The notes beneath the pieces were generated by a model. The model was given only the letters and a program-made list of their open reading frames with translations. It had not been told where the DNA came from and ran no database searches. Made by a program: the position numbers and the translations under genes. Source: Gammaproteobacteria bacterium (GTDB taxonomy: Bacteria > Pseudomonadota > Gammaproteobacteria > Eutrophobiales > Eutrophobiaceae). From it: a DNA stretch of 64,000 bases. Shown one piece after another: positions 52,098-62,646 of this stretch (positions are counted from its first letter, which is position 1; each line of letters opens with the position of its first letter). Where the stretch lies: NCBI GenBank assembly GCA_965215365.1, contig CBDCDS010000003.1:672001-736000 (forward strand), written 5' to 3'.

Positions 52098-52440
52098 TTA
52101 AATGCGCCGGTCAGGAGTGGCCGTGAGACCGATTAAAAAAGCGTCGTAGTAGTCCAGTACCTGTTTCCATAGGTTGTAGATGGATCGGTGGCATTCGTCA
52201 ATGATGATGAAATCGAACTGTTCAATGGGGTTTTCGGGCGAGTATGCCATCGGCAGGGGCTCTTTTTTCTGCCAGTTTGACTCATTCGGGTTGCTTTCTT
52301 CCGCGCTTTCTTCCAGAGTTTCCCCTTTCAGGATGGAATACAGGCGTTGTATGGTGGAGATACATACCTGTGAGCCAGCGGCGATGTAGCCGGAGTTCAG
52401 CCGTTGCACGTTATACAACTCGGTAAATTTCCGGTTTATG
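52098..52440 (-). pseudogene. hsdR internal fragment
   Basis: [13 protein letters not shown]...[13 protein letters not shown]...[14 protein letters not shown]...IGLTATPD; both ends missing. Confidence 0.85.
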
Positions 52441-52553
52441 GCTGGGCATACCGGGGCGGACGGTATTCATAATAAAGACTTCGGGCCAGAGGGGGATTGT
52501 CGGTGGCATAGTCGGGGCAGGCCCGCGCCGGGGCTTGCTTATCGCCCGGCTTC

Positions 52554-53516
<963 letters not shown>

Positions 53517-53566
53517 CTACCAGCCTGATATTATACTGGCACTGTTGGCCACAAATCTCAACTGAC

Positions 53567-53878
53567 ATGCCGGAAGAAAAAACCATAAGACACACCGAAC
53601 TGGAACCCAACTCCGTTAAACAGTTCTACCTGAAAGACGATACGGCCATTGCCCTCTACAATCTGGGGGGTGAATATTTTGCCACCAGCGACGTTTGTAC
53701 CCATGGCCAGGCCTACCTGTCCGAGGGCGAACTGAAGGGGGATGAGATCGTCTGCCCGTTTCATGCCGGAACCTTTGATGTCAGAACGGGGGAACCCGTT
53801 GACCCGCCCTGTGTGATCCCGCTGGAAAAGTATGAAACCCGGCTGGGGGAGGACGGGTATATTTACGTGGCCTTTTGA
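53567..53878 (+). CDS. Rieske [2Fe-2S] ferredoxin
   Basis: CTHG...CPFH. Confidence 0.88.
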   Translation: MPEEKTIRHTELEPNSVKQFYLKDDTAIALYNLGGEYFATSDVCTHGQAYLSEGELKGDEIVCPFHAGTFDVRTGEPVDPPCVIPLEKYETRLGEDGYIYVAF

Positions 53879-53944
53879 ATAACCGCCCGAAGCAGTTTTC
53901 TCTCAGGCCCGTCCCGTTAATGATTTTCGGAGTGGTATTCCCGG

Positions 53945-55237
53945 TCAGGGCTGTTCTATCTCGTAGCTCGTGAAATTCCGAAGGTACGCCGCATAGCCAA
54001 ATAATTGCTCATCCTCCTGCCTGTTGCAGACCAGTTGCAGGCCAACGGGCAAGCCGTGTGCGCCTCGGGTCAACGGCAGGTTCATGCAGGGGGTCTGCAG
54101 GAAAGTCCAGATGCGGTTGAACAGGGGGTCGCCGGTGTGGTGCAGGCCGGCCGGCGCGGCGCCGGCGGCGCTGGGGGTGATGATCAAGTCTGCTTTTGAA
54201 AAAACCCCGGACAGGAAGCGCTCTCCCTTAGCCTGTGCCTCGTGCAGTCTGGACTTGAAGGACTCAGCCACTGCGCGGCCTTCTGCCACCAGCTCCCTGG
54301 TTTGCGGCCGCACCTGGTCCGGGTAGCGCTCAGTGACGGGCCCCAGCGAGGCGGCGGCGCCTCGGGCCAGACAGGCCTGCTGGACTTCCAGCAGCCCTTG
54401 CAACAGGTCTTCTGCCGGTTCGATGACCTCTATGCCCGCCTTTTGCAGCCGCCGGGCAAAGTCAAGAACGGCTTGTTGCGTCTGTGCTTCGGCCTCAGTC
54501 CAGGCCGGAGTGCGCACCAGGGCTACCGTAGCCGGTTGGTCGGTGCCGGGCGTCTTGCTTTGCTCACCAGCTAAGATACCGTGTAGCAGCGCCAGGTCTG
54601 TCGGCGAACGGCTGAACGCGCCCAGGGTATCGAGCGCCGGCGCCAGCGGATGAATGCCGTCAAGCGAGTAAGCCCCGTAGGTGGGTTTGTAACCCAACAC
54701 CCCGTTATAACTCGCCGGCCGGATGATGGAACCGGAGGTTTGCGTGCCCAGGGCAACCGGCACATGAAAATCGGCAACTGCCGCGGCGGAACCGCTGGAC
54801 GACCCGCCCGGGGTATGTTCCAAATTGTGGGGGTTGGCAGTCTTGCCCGGCGCAAAAAAAGCAAATTCCGTGGAGACTGTCTTCCCCAGGATGACGGCAC
54901 CGGCTGCGCGCAACAGGCGGATGCACTGTGCATCCTGTTCAGGCATATACCCGTCATAAATCCGGGAACCATAACAGGTGGGCATGTCCGCCGTGTTGAT
55001 AATGTCCTTGACGGCAATGGGTACGCCGTGCAAGGGCGTGCTGGCAGTGCGCTGATCGCAGTCCCGGGCCTGCGCCAGTGCCTGCTCCGGGTGCAGCCAG
55101 ACCCAGGCGCCGACCTGTGGCTCGCGCGCACGGATACGCGCCAGACAGGCCGTCACCAGCTCTGCCGAGGTGAACTCACCCGCGGCAATGCCGGCGGCGG
55201 CGGCAACCAGATCCAATCGCTGCAATTCAGGTGTCAT
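53945..55237 (-). CDS. Amidase-signature family enzyme
   Basis: GVPIAVKD, PGGSSSGS, GTQTSGSIIRPAS. Confidence 0.9.
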   Translation of the reverse strand: MTPELQRLDLVAAAAGIAAGEFTSAELVTACLARIRAREPQVGAWVWLHPEQALAQARDCDQRTASTPLHGVPIAVKDIINTADMPTCYGSRIYDGYMPEQDAQCIRLLRAAGAVILGKTVSTEFAFFAPGKTANPHNLEHTPGGSSSGSAAAVADFHVPVALGTQTSGSIIRPASYNGVLGYKPTYGAYSLDGIHPLAPALDTLGAFSRSPTDLALLHGILAGEQSKTPGTDQPATVALVRTPAWTEAEAQTQQAVLDFARRLQKAGIEVIEPAEDLLQGLLEVQQACLARGAAASLGPVTERYPDQVRPQTRELVAEGRAVAESFKSRLHEAQAKGERFLSGVFSKADLIITPSAAGAAPAGLHHTGDPLFNRIWTFLQTPCMNLPLTRGAHGLPVGLQLVCNRQEDEQLFGYAAYLRNFTSYEIEQP

Positions 55238-55258
55238 GTAACTACTCGCCCCCCGTTT

Positions 55259-55284
55259 GTCATTCCTGCTTTCGCAGGAATGAC
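55259..55284. repeat. REP-like palindrome
   Basis: gtcattcctgc-tttc-gcaggaatgac, a perfect 11-bp stem. Confidence 0.7.
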
Positions 55285-55327
55285 GGCCAGGGTGGCGCTC
55301 TTTCCAGGTCGGGAAACCCTGACTACC

Positions 55328-56206
55328 TTACTGTACCAGCACGGAAACACTGACATTCCCGGTGCCAAAGCCGGTATATTCCGCCGTGTAGCGCCGTCCG
55401 CGCTCTGCTTTCACCGGCCCGCCGATGGCGCCTAGGCTGAGCAGTTGTCCCGGCTTCATTGTTTCATTGCTGAGGGCAAGTTCCCGCTGCAGAAACAGTA
55501 TGGAGTTCAATGGATGCTGCAGAATCTGACTGCCTTGACCGGCGCGCAGAACCGCTCCCCTATCATCTGTTAATTGAACAGTCATGCTGGGAAGGTCTTC
55601 AACCAGCTCCCGGGCGTTGGCTACTGAGACAGGCGCGCCGGCCACACCCCACCTGGCGCCCACATTGCCCGCCATCAACAGCGCCGCCGGGTTGTCGCCA
55701 TCGAGTGTGAATAATACATCGGGTAATTCAATGAACGGGATAATAGCATCGATATGCCGGGCCATTTCCTCAACTGACTCGGCCTGATTGATTTCCGCCG
55801 ATTTGACCCGCGCCAGCAGATCCAGCTCCACCAGTAAGGAAGTCGCAGAATCCAGCTCAACAACGGCGCCGTCCGGCAACAGCATCTCCTTGAACAAAAC
55901 CCCGACCAGAGGTTGGGGTATGCCAAACATGTCCCTGGCCTTGCTGTCGGTGAGGCCGACCTTGTAACCGGCGCGCTGCCAGTCTTGCGCCAGTAACGCC
56001 ACCACTTGCAACTGCAGCGCGCGAGCCGTACCCAAGTCATCGACCAGCGGGTAATAACAGTCATCAACCATGCCCTGTGACCGGTACACCTGCACGTAAT
56101 GCGCCGCAAACCCGGACCGCGCACAGGCGGCCGCCCCAGCGAACGGGTTCAGCAGGGCGGCAGCAAGGGCCAATATGAGGGTGCCCATGAGTAGCAATTT
56201 GTGCAT
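55328..56206 (-). CDS. 2-keto-4-pentenoate hydratase (MhpD/FAH)-like protein with a signal peptide
   Basis: GYKVGLT, P..G.L, VELDL, PFIELPD, G...L.HPL; start MHKLLLMGTLILALAAALL. Confidence 0.75.
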   Translation of the reverse strand: MHKLLLMGTLILALAAALLNPFAGAAACARSGFAAHYVQVYRSQGMVDDCYYPLVDDLGTARALQLQVVALLAQDWQRAGYKVGLTDSKARDMFGIPQPLVGVLFKEMLLPDGAVVELDSATSLLVELDLLARVKSAEINQAESVEEMARHIDAIIPFIELPDVLFTLDGDNPAALLMAGNVGARWGVAGAPVSVANARELVEDLPSMTVQLTDDRGAVLRAGQGSQILQHPLNSILFLQRELALSNETMKPGQLLSLGAIGGPVKAERGRRYTAEYTGFGTGNVSVSVLVQ

Positions 56207-56246
56207 GGGTTTTTCGGGTGTTGAACGAGGTGGCCTTAGCCGTGGC

Positions 56247-57788
56247 TTATCTTTGCTGCGGATAGCCTGCCTCAAACTCGTCAAAACGCCGTTCCAGCTC
56301 TGCCTGTAACTGCGCTTTCTCGTTCTGGAACATGAAGGCCAGGCAGGCGCTGACTGCATCTTCCGAGACGTCGGCGGCACTCTGGTCGTAGTCGCACGCA
56401 TTCGTCACCTGGCCGGTCCGGGTCGATTCCAGCAAGCTTTGGCCTGGCAGGAAACTGTAGGCCAGGGCGTTGCGCGACAGGTATTTCAGATCGTCGTAGC
56501 TGAGGTTGTAGGTTTCCACCGCACGCTGGTATTCATGGGTGAGGTCGATACGGGCGACACCTTCATCGTCTGTGGACAGGGCGATGGGAACATTATGTTT
56601 GAGATAGGTCTCGAAGGGGTGTGCCGCGCCCGTTATTCCCAGGATAGCCTCGCTGCTGGTCAGGTTGATCTCGACCAGGATGCCCTGCTCAGCCATGCGT
56701 TCCAGCAGTTGTGTGGCCTGCGGGTCGTGCAGTATGTCGGTGCCGTGGCCGATGCGTCTGGCGCCGGCAAGATCCAGCGCTGCACGCACATGCCAGCCCA
56801 GGTGTTCAGGCGCTACCAGACCCAGGTCCAGTTCACCGGCGTGCAGCGTAATGCCGTCCTTTGCTGCGGGAAAATGGCCGGCCAGCTCCCCGATCATGGC
56901 CATTTGCCAGCGGTAGTCGCGCAGGGCAATGGGGTCATCTTCCGGCGCCACAAAGTTCAGGCCCACGTAGCGCGGGTCTTTTTCGATAAGATGGTAAGCG
57001 AGCAGGGTCTGGGCCAGCACCTGTGCACGCGGGAAGGTACGGATCACCTGGGCCAGATAACGCACCGTCACGCCGCAGCCGGGATCCGCGTGTTCCTGCC
57101 CACAAGCCAGAGTGTCGCGCCACTGTTGTTCAATCGCGTCCAGCCGGGTTATCGTTGCCGCAGCCAGTTGCTCGAGGCCCGGATGGCGGAGCAACTCCGC
57201 CAGCGGACGCTCCGGGTTGAACTCGTCTCCGTCTGCGGCCAGTTGCCGCGCTTCGGTCATGCCCCAGGACTGCAGCAATTCCAGATAAACCATATTCTGG
57301 CGGGCCGAGCGGGCGCTGGATTCCGCCAGCATGTAGCCCTCGCGCCCGAAGCTGGCAGGGTAGAAACGCCCGAAGGTGGAGAAAAACTGGTTATGACCGG
57401 AGACCGGGCGGCGTTCATAGTTGCGTATCGAGAACGCGTCGATAATCCGGTTCACCACGTCACCGTCGAACTGCACCTCGCGCAGCGGCGGCCGGCCGGC
57501 GGCCGTGTCGCAGGGCGGGAGCATGACCATGTGGTTTTCCAGGTCTATGCATTTGCCATCCTCGGCGCCCCAGCGAATGTAACTCTCCGCATAGATGGCG
57601 CCGTCCAAATGGTTATGCAACTCGCCGCCTTTGGGAAACGCGTACAGGAAACCTCGCAGCAGCGCCGGCTCGTGCCGCACCTGCTGAAAGTGCAAGCGCG
57701 CGTCCAGTTCCGCGGCCCGGATAACGCCATTGCCACAGGCGCTGAACAACACCAGGGTTGCCATAGTCCAGAATCGTGTTAATTTCAT
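56247..57788 (-). CDS. Adenosine deaminase, exported (probable lipoprotein)
   Basis: PKGGELHNHLDG, TLHAGE, RRIGHG, EINLTS, LSTDDEG; FSAC lipobox-like N-terminus. Confidence 0.85.
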   Translation of the reverse strand: MKLTRFWTMATLVLFSACGNGVIRAAELDARLHFQQVRHEPALLRGFLYAFPKGGELHNHLDGAIYAESYIRWGAEDGKCIDLENHMVMLPPCDTAAGRPPLREVQFDGDVVNRIIDAFSIRNYERRPVSGHNQFFSTFGRFYPASFGREGYMLAESSARSARQNMVYLELLQSWGMTEARQLAADGDEFNPERPLAELLRHPGLEQLAAATITRLDAIEQQWRDTLACGQEHADPGCGVTVRYLAQVIRTFPRAQVLAQTLLAYHLIEKDPRYVGLNFVAPEDDPIALRDYRWQMAMIGELAGHFPAAKDGITLHAGELDLGLVAPEHLGWHVRAALDLAGARRIGHGTDILHDPQATQLLERMAEQGILVEINLTSSEAILGITGAAHPFETYLKHNVPIALSTDDEGVARIDLTHEYQRAVETYNLSYDDLKYLSRNALAYSFLPGQSLLESTRTGQVTNACDYDQSAADVSEDAVSACLAFMFQNEKAQLQAELERRFDEFEAGYPQQR

Positions 57789-57856
57789 TTTGCTTAACCT
57801 CTATCAGCCTCGTACCCTATAATAAGGTTGCCTCTATTACACGAGGTGACCTTTAC

Positions 57857-59083
57857 ATGACTATTCTAATGAGTTTTGTCGGCATGGTGGTGATTATCTG
57901 CCTGGCCTTGCTGTTATCTGAAAACCGGCGTGCAATCCGGTTGCAGACCGTTGTGCCGGCGTTGCTGACCCAGGCCGCCATCGCCGGCCTGATCCTGTAT
58001 TTCCCCTTGGGGCAGGCATTTCTCAACACCATGGTGGCGGGTGTGCAGAACGTCATTGATTATGGCCGGGTGGGCAGCGAATTTGTGTTCGGCGATCTGG
58101 CTAAACAGGAGGGCGGCTTTTCCATCGCCTTTCACCTGTTGCCGGTGATCATCTTCTTCTCGGCGCTGATGTCCACCTTGTATTATCTGGGCATCATGCA
58201 AAAGCTGGTGACGATCCTGGGCGGCGGCATACACAAGTTGCTGGGCACCAGCAAGACCGAATCCATGTGCGCGGTCGCTAACATCTTCATCGGCCACAGT
58301 GAATCGCCGCTGGTCATCCGCCCCTATCTGAAGCAGTTGACTCAATCAGAACTGTTTGCGGTGATGACGGGCGGCATGGCGGCTATTTCCGGCGCTATCA
58401 TGGCCGCTTATGCCGCCATGGGGATTAATCTGGGCTACCTGATTGCGGCCAGCTTCATGGCCGCGCCCGGCGGTTTGCTCATGGCCAAGCTGATCAAGCC
58501 GGAGACCGAGCGTGCCGAACAGGACATAGCGCGCGTACAGTTCGGCGGGCCGCAAAAAGTGGTGAATATCTTCGAGGCCATCGGCAACGGCACCTTGGAC
58601 GGCTTGAAACTGGCGGCCAATGTCGGCGCCATGCTGATTGCGTTCGTGGCCATGATCGCCCTGCTCAACGGCCTGCTGGGCGGGCTCGGTGGCTGGTTCG
58701 GTATCGAAGAACTGACGCTGCAAGGGCTGCTCGGCAAACTGCTGGCGCCGCTGGCGTTTCTGATTGGCGTGCCGTGGCATGAGGCGAGCGCAGCCGGCAG
58801 CTTGATCGGTCAGAAGTTCATTATGAGCGAATTCATCGCCTACCTCAGCTTCACCGAGCTCAGAGAGACCCTGAGCCCGCACACCCAGGTAGTCGTTACC
58901 TTCGCTCTGTGCGGTTTTGCCAACCTGACCTCCATCGCCATCCTGCTGGGTGGCATGGGCAGCCTGGTGCCGGAACGGCGCCAGGACATTGCCGCGTTGG
59001 GCTTCAAATCCGTACTGGCCGGCACTTTGTCCAACCTGATGAGCGCAGTGCTGGCCGGTTTGTTTGTTTCTCTGCAGATGTAA
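57857..59083 (+). CDS. nupC: CNT-family (NupC-like) nucleoside transporter
   Basis: [46 protein letters not shown]. Confidence 0.93.
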   Translation: MTILMSFVGMVVIICLALLLSENRRAIRLQTVVPALLTQAAIAGLILYFPLGQAFLNTMVAGVQNVIDYGRVGSEFVFGDLAKQEGGFSIAFHLLPVIIFFSALMSTLYYLGIMQKLVTILGGGIHKLLGTSKTESMCAVANIFIGHSESPLVIRPYLKQLTQSELFAVMTGGMAAISGAIMAAYAAMGINLGYLIAASFMAAPGGLLMAKLIKPETERAEQDIARVQFGGPQKVVNIFEAIGNGTLDGLKLAANVGAMLIAFVAMIALLNGLLGGLGGWFGIEELTLQGLLGKLLAPLAFLIGVPWHEASAAGSLIGQKFIMSEFIAYLSFTELRETLSPHTQVVVTFALCGFANLTSIAILLGGMGSLVPERRQDIAALGFKSVLAGTLSNLMSAVLAGLFVSLQM

Positions 59084-59091
59084 GGTTCGTT

Positions 59092-59805
59092 ATGACCACA
59101 CCACATATCAATGCCAAACCCGGTGACTTTGCCGAAACCGTGATCATGCCTGGGGACCCGTTGCGGGCAAAATTCATTGCGGAGACATTTCTGGACAAAC
59201 CGCGCCTGGTGACAGACATCAGGAATATGCTGGGCTTCACCGGCAGCTACCGGGGGCAACCCTTGTCCGTCATGGGCCATGGCATGGGCATCCCCTCCTG
59301 CTCGATTTATTGCACCGAACTGGTCAACGAGTTCGGGGTCAAACGCCTGATCCGGGCCGGCAGTTGCGGCGCGGTGCTGGAATCGGTGCACTTGCGCGAC
59401 GTGATTATTGCCATGGGCGCCTGCACTGACTCCAAGGTAAACCGCATTCGTTTCGGGAACCATGACTTTGCCGCGATTGCGGATTACCGGCTATTGCAAA
59501 CGGCGGTGAACGCCACCGCTCAGCGGGGGCTTTCCTTTCATGTGGGTAACCTCTTCTCCAGCGACCTGTTCTATATGCCGAACCCGGAGATGTTCAGACT
59601 GATGGAAAAATATAACGTGCTGGGCGTGGAAATGGAGGCCGCCGGCATTTACGGCCTCGCCGCGGAATTTGGCGCCAAAGCGCTGACCCTCTGCACCGTC
59701 AGCGACCATATCACTCTAAAACAAAGGTTAAGCCCGGAGGAGCGGCAGTCCGGCTTTAAGGACATGATCGAAGTGGCGTTGGAGACGGCGGTTGGCTGCC
59801 TTTGA
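59092..59805 (+). CDS. deoD: Purine nucleoside phosphorylase (hexameric)
   Basis: [34 protein letters not shown]. Confidence 0.96.
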   Translation: MTTPHINAKPGDFAETVIMPGDPLRAKFIAETFLDKPRLVTDIRNMLGFTGSYRGQPLSVMGHGMGIPSCSIYCTELVNEFGVKRLIRAGSCGAVLESVHLRDVIIAMGACTDSKVNRIRFGNHDFAAIADYRLLQTAVNATAQRGLSFHVGNLFSSDLFYMPNPEMFRLMEKYNVLGVEMEAAGIYGLAAEFGAKALTLCTVSDHITLKQRLSPEERQSGFKDMIEVALETAVGCL

Positions 59806-59817
59806 CCCGTCTCTGCG

Positions 59818-60486
59818 TTAATACGCGCCCGCGGCGGATAAATCCTTCTCCCCTGCCACAATTTTCAGCCCCGAACTTGTGCCCAGGCGGGTGGCGCCTG
59901 CTTCGAGCATCCTGCATGCGGTCGCGTAATCCCTGATCCCGCCGCTGGCTTTCACGCCCGGGTCCGGCCCTACTGCGGCGCGCATCAGCCTGACGTCGGC
60001 CTCGGTGGCGCCGCCGTGGCTGAAGCCGGTAGAGGTTTTGACGAACGCGGCGCCGGCGTCAACGCAGACCTTGCAAGCCTGTTGTTTTTCTTCGTCGGTC
60101 AACAGGCAGGTCTCCAGGATGACCTTGACCGGGCGGCCTTCGGCCCGGGCCACCACCTGCGCAATATCGAAGCGCACCTGCTGCCAGTCTCCGGCCCGGG
60201 CCGCGCCGATGTTCATGACCATATCCACCTCAGCAGCGCCGCGCCGTATCGCCAGTTCGGTCTCATAAGCCTTCACCTCCGGCTCACTCATGCCGGTGGG
60301 AAAACCGACTACCGTGCAAACCTGCACCGACGAGCCAGCCAGTTCCTTGCTGGCCAGACTGACGAAAACCGGCGCAATGCAAACGGAGTAAAAACCATGT
60401 TCATGCGCTTCCCGGCACAGCTGCGTCACCCTCTCCGGCGTCGCCTCCGGCGCCAGCAGGGTGTGATCGATAGTGCTAGCCCGCAT
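59818..60486 (-). CDS. deoC: Deoxyribose-phosphate aldolase; start codon lies inside an inserted element
   Basis: IDHTLL, VGFPTG, KVILET, FVKTSTG, VKASGGIR, RLGTS. Confidence 0.93.
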   Translation of the reverse strand: MRASTIDHTLLAPEATPERVTQLCREAHEHGFYSVCIAPVFVSLASKELAGSSVQVCTVVGFPTGMSEPEVKAYETELAIRRGAAEVDMVMNIGAARAGDWQQVRFDIAQVVARAEGRPVKVILETCLLTDEEKQQACKVCVDAGAAFVKTSTGFSHGGATEADVRLMRAAVGPDPGVKASGGIRDYATACRMLEAGATRLGTSSGLKIVAGEKDLSAAGAY

Positions 60487-60609
60487 ATCTCACCAAGTCG
60501 CTTGTTGCTTTATGAAAAATTTGTGCTATCAATAAGTTACGATAATACTGCTGCTCTTTCCACCTGACAGACTGCGCTTGATGCGTCCTCGCTAGGTGAG
60601 ATATGCGGG
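60480..60609. mobile_element. 130-bp MITE-like element with 15-bp perfect terminal inverted repeats
   Basis: cccgcatatctcacc (60480-60494) and ggtgagatatgcggg (60595-60609); flanks CTAG and CCAG; internal IHF-like tatcaataagtta. Confidence 0.8.
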
Positions 60610-60622
60610 CCAGGAATATCTG

Positions 60623-60826
60623 TCAAATTACCGGTTGTTCGCTGCTTTGAAGTAATTTTCGCAACGCATCGTTAACCGCCTGGGTATTAGGGAATGTTGC
60701 TGTCAGATCAGGGTCAATAACGACTATATTGCTCCCTCTTCGGTACTCATCATAATACTTTCCACGAACTCCTTGTCCCAAGCGTCTTAAATCATATTCC
60801 GCTTTTAATTCATCAGATTTCTTCAT
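60623..60826 (-). CDS. BrnA-like antitoxin
   Basis: DEL..EYD......VRGKY.......N.V.IDPD....FP...AVN.ALR; overlaps brnT. Confidence 0.75.
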   Translation of the reverse strand: MKKSDELKAEYDLRRLGQGVRGKYYDEYRRGSNIVVIDPDLTATFPNTQAVNDALRKLLQSSEQPVI

Positions 60827-61085
60827 AGTCTCTCCTCTCGCCCCGGGTCATTTGCCTTGCGGATATGAGCCTGACTCTATCATTTCTGTCAGAATGCGCT
60901 ACGACAATCGGCCGGTTTACTATGGAACGGCCAAAAGTCAGATGGTAATATTCCCCAATTGAATGCTCCGGGTCAGCATAAGTTATTGCCAAAGGATCAC
61001 CGAATACAGTTGATGCCTCATTAAACGTGACTCCATGCTTCTTTGTATTCTGCGCTGCTTTAGTATCATCCCATTCAAACTTCAT
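60813..61085 (-). CDS. brnT: BrnT family toxin
   Basis: MKFEWD..KA..N.KKHGV.F.EA..VF.DP, RLISAR..T..ER..YE. Confidence 0.9.
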   Translation of the reverse strand: MKFEWDDTKAAQNTKKHGVTFNEASTVFGDPLAITYADPEHSIGEYYHLTFGRSIVNRPIVVAHSDRNDRVRLISARQMTRGERRDYEEI

Positions 61086-61175
61086 CCCGGTATTTCCCCC
61101 AACGTGAAACAGGTGCCGGGAATACTCTATCCTGTTACTGTAAAAAATTCATCCTTGATGGCTCTATTTGGCAAA

Positions 61176-61961
61176 TCAAAATAATCTGTCCGTCAACGCG
61201 CCACCGTCAACCACCAGGTCGATGCCGGTAATCCACTTGCTTGCATCTGCAACCAGGAACAGGCAGGCATTGGCGACGTCTTCGGCCCGGCCTACGCGGC
61301 CCAGGGCCGCGGCCTGTTGGTATCTGGCTACCCCCTCCGGCCAGCCTTCGTCCAGTCCTTGCCGCCATATCAGGCCCGGGGATACCGCGTTTACGCGGAT
61401 ATTGTGCTCGCCCAGCTCCCTGGCGGCGGCGCGGGTGAACATTATCACCGCACTCTTGGCGGCGCAGTAATGGCTGTGCGCATCGAGCACGCCGCGGGCG
61501 GCAATCGAGGCGATATTGACCACCGCGCCGCCGCCTCCCTGCGCGATGTTGCGGTGCGCGAAGGCCTGGGTGCATAACATGACGGAACGCACGTTGGCGT
61601 CCATCATCAGGTCGTACTCGGCCTCGCTGATGTCAAGAAACGGTGAGAGCGGATACACGCCGGCATTGTTGATCAGTATATCCACACCGCCGGTTGCCGC
61701 GCACACGGCGTCGAACAGCGCGTCAACTTCTACCTTGTTGGTGACATCGGCGCGCAAGGCGCTGGCACTGCCACCGGCGTCGCGGAGCTGTGCGTGCAGA
61801 GCCAGCGCCGCCGCCTCACTGGTATGGTAATGAATGCCAACATGCGCGCCGGCGCCAGCCAGGGTTTGACACAGCGCCGAGCCGATGCCGCCGGCGCCAC
61901 CGGTAACCAGCGCGGTCTTGCCATTCAGACTGAGTAAATGATGGTGTGTTGTCGCTGACAT
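61176..61961 (-). CDS. Short-chain dehydrogenase/reductase
   Basis: TGGAGGIG, INNAG, HYCAAK (YxxxK), NAVSPG, VDGG. Confidence 0.92.
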   Translation of the reverse strand: MSATTHHHLLSLNGKTALVTGGAGGIGSALCQTLAGAGAHVGIHYHTSEAAALALHAQLRDAGGSASALRADVTNKVEVDALFDAVCAATGGVDILINNAGVYPLSPFLDISEAEYDLMMDANVRSVMLCTQAFAHRNIAQGGGGAVVNIASIAARGVLDAHSHYCAAKSAVIMFTRAAARELGEHNIRVNAVSPGLIWRQGLDEGWPEGVARYQQAAALGRVGRAEDVANACLFLVADASKWITGIDLVVDGGALTDRLF

Positions 61962-62017
61962 AATGCGTTGATAATGCTATAGTGCCACCCGCAAACGCCG
62001 TCCCCGCGCGCCCTCAT

Positions 62018-62042
62018 GGGCGCCTCAAAATTGGAGGGGCCT
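62018..62042. repeat. Degenerate hairpin of the MITE-like family
   Basis: tcat|gggcgcctc-aaaattg-gaggggcct, preceded by TCAT like the 16176 element. Confidence 0.5.
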
Positions 62043-62061
62043 GTTGCTTAACGGTTCATCT

Positions 62062-62646
62062 ATGCCTGCTAGGAAATACAGTACCTCACAAACCCCGGAA
62101 GCAAAAGAGGGCGGACGAAAAAAAATCACCGCGCGCACGCTGATCCAGGCCCTGGGTCTTGCACCGTTGCCTGTTGAGGGCGGGCATTTTCGGCAAACCT
62201 ACCAGGCGAATGAAGCGGTGTCTGTGACCGTACCGGGCCGAGACCAACCCCTGCTGAAGCCGCGCGCCACGGCGATCTTCTACCTGCTTGCGGATGAGCC
62301 GGACTCCTTCTCGGCGCTGCACCGCCTACCGACCGACGAAATCTACCACTTCTACCTGGGCGACCCGGTGGAACTGCTGTTGCTGAAGCCGCGTGGCGCC
62401 AGTGAAATTATCACCCTGGGGCAGGATATTTGCAACGGGCAACGGGTACAGTGCGCAGTCCCGGCCGGTATCTGGCAAGGGTCGCGGCTGGTGCCGGGGG
62501 GCAGGTTTGCCCTGCTTGGCACGACCATGGCACCGGGTTTTATCGAGGGAGATTATATCCCCGGCGACCGGGCAACGCTGCTGCAACAATACCCTGACAG
62601 GAGGGCGCTGATCATGTTGTTGACGCGCGGCGAGGAGAACCGGTGA
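62062..62646 (+). CDS. Cupin, DUF985/YML079W family
   Basis: LGL.P.P.EGG.F.QTY, TAIFYLL, FSALHRL..DEIYHFY.G, VPAGIWQ, TMAPGF. Confidence 0.85.
   Translation: MPARKYSTSQTPEAKEGGRKKITARTLIQALGLAPLPVEGGHFRQTYQANEAVSVTVPGRDQPLLKPRATAIFYLLADEPDSFSALHRLPTDEIYHFYLGDPVELLLLKPRGASEIITLGQDICNGQRVQCAVPAGIWQGSRLVPGGRFALLGTTMAPGFIEGDYIPGDRATLLQQYPDRRALIMLLTRGEENR

Noticed and set aside
56439-57782. Long antisense ORFs (447 aa here; also 7016-7906, 36996-37850, 40749-41501)
   Set aside because: Shadows of well-supported GC-rich genes on the opposite strand, with no motifs.
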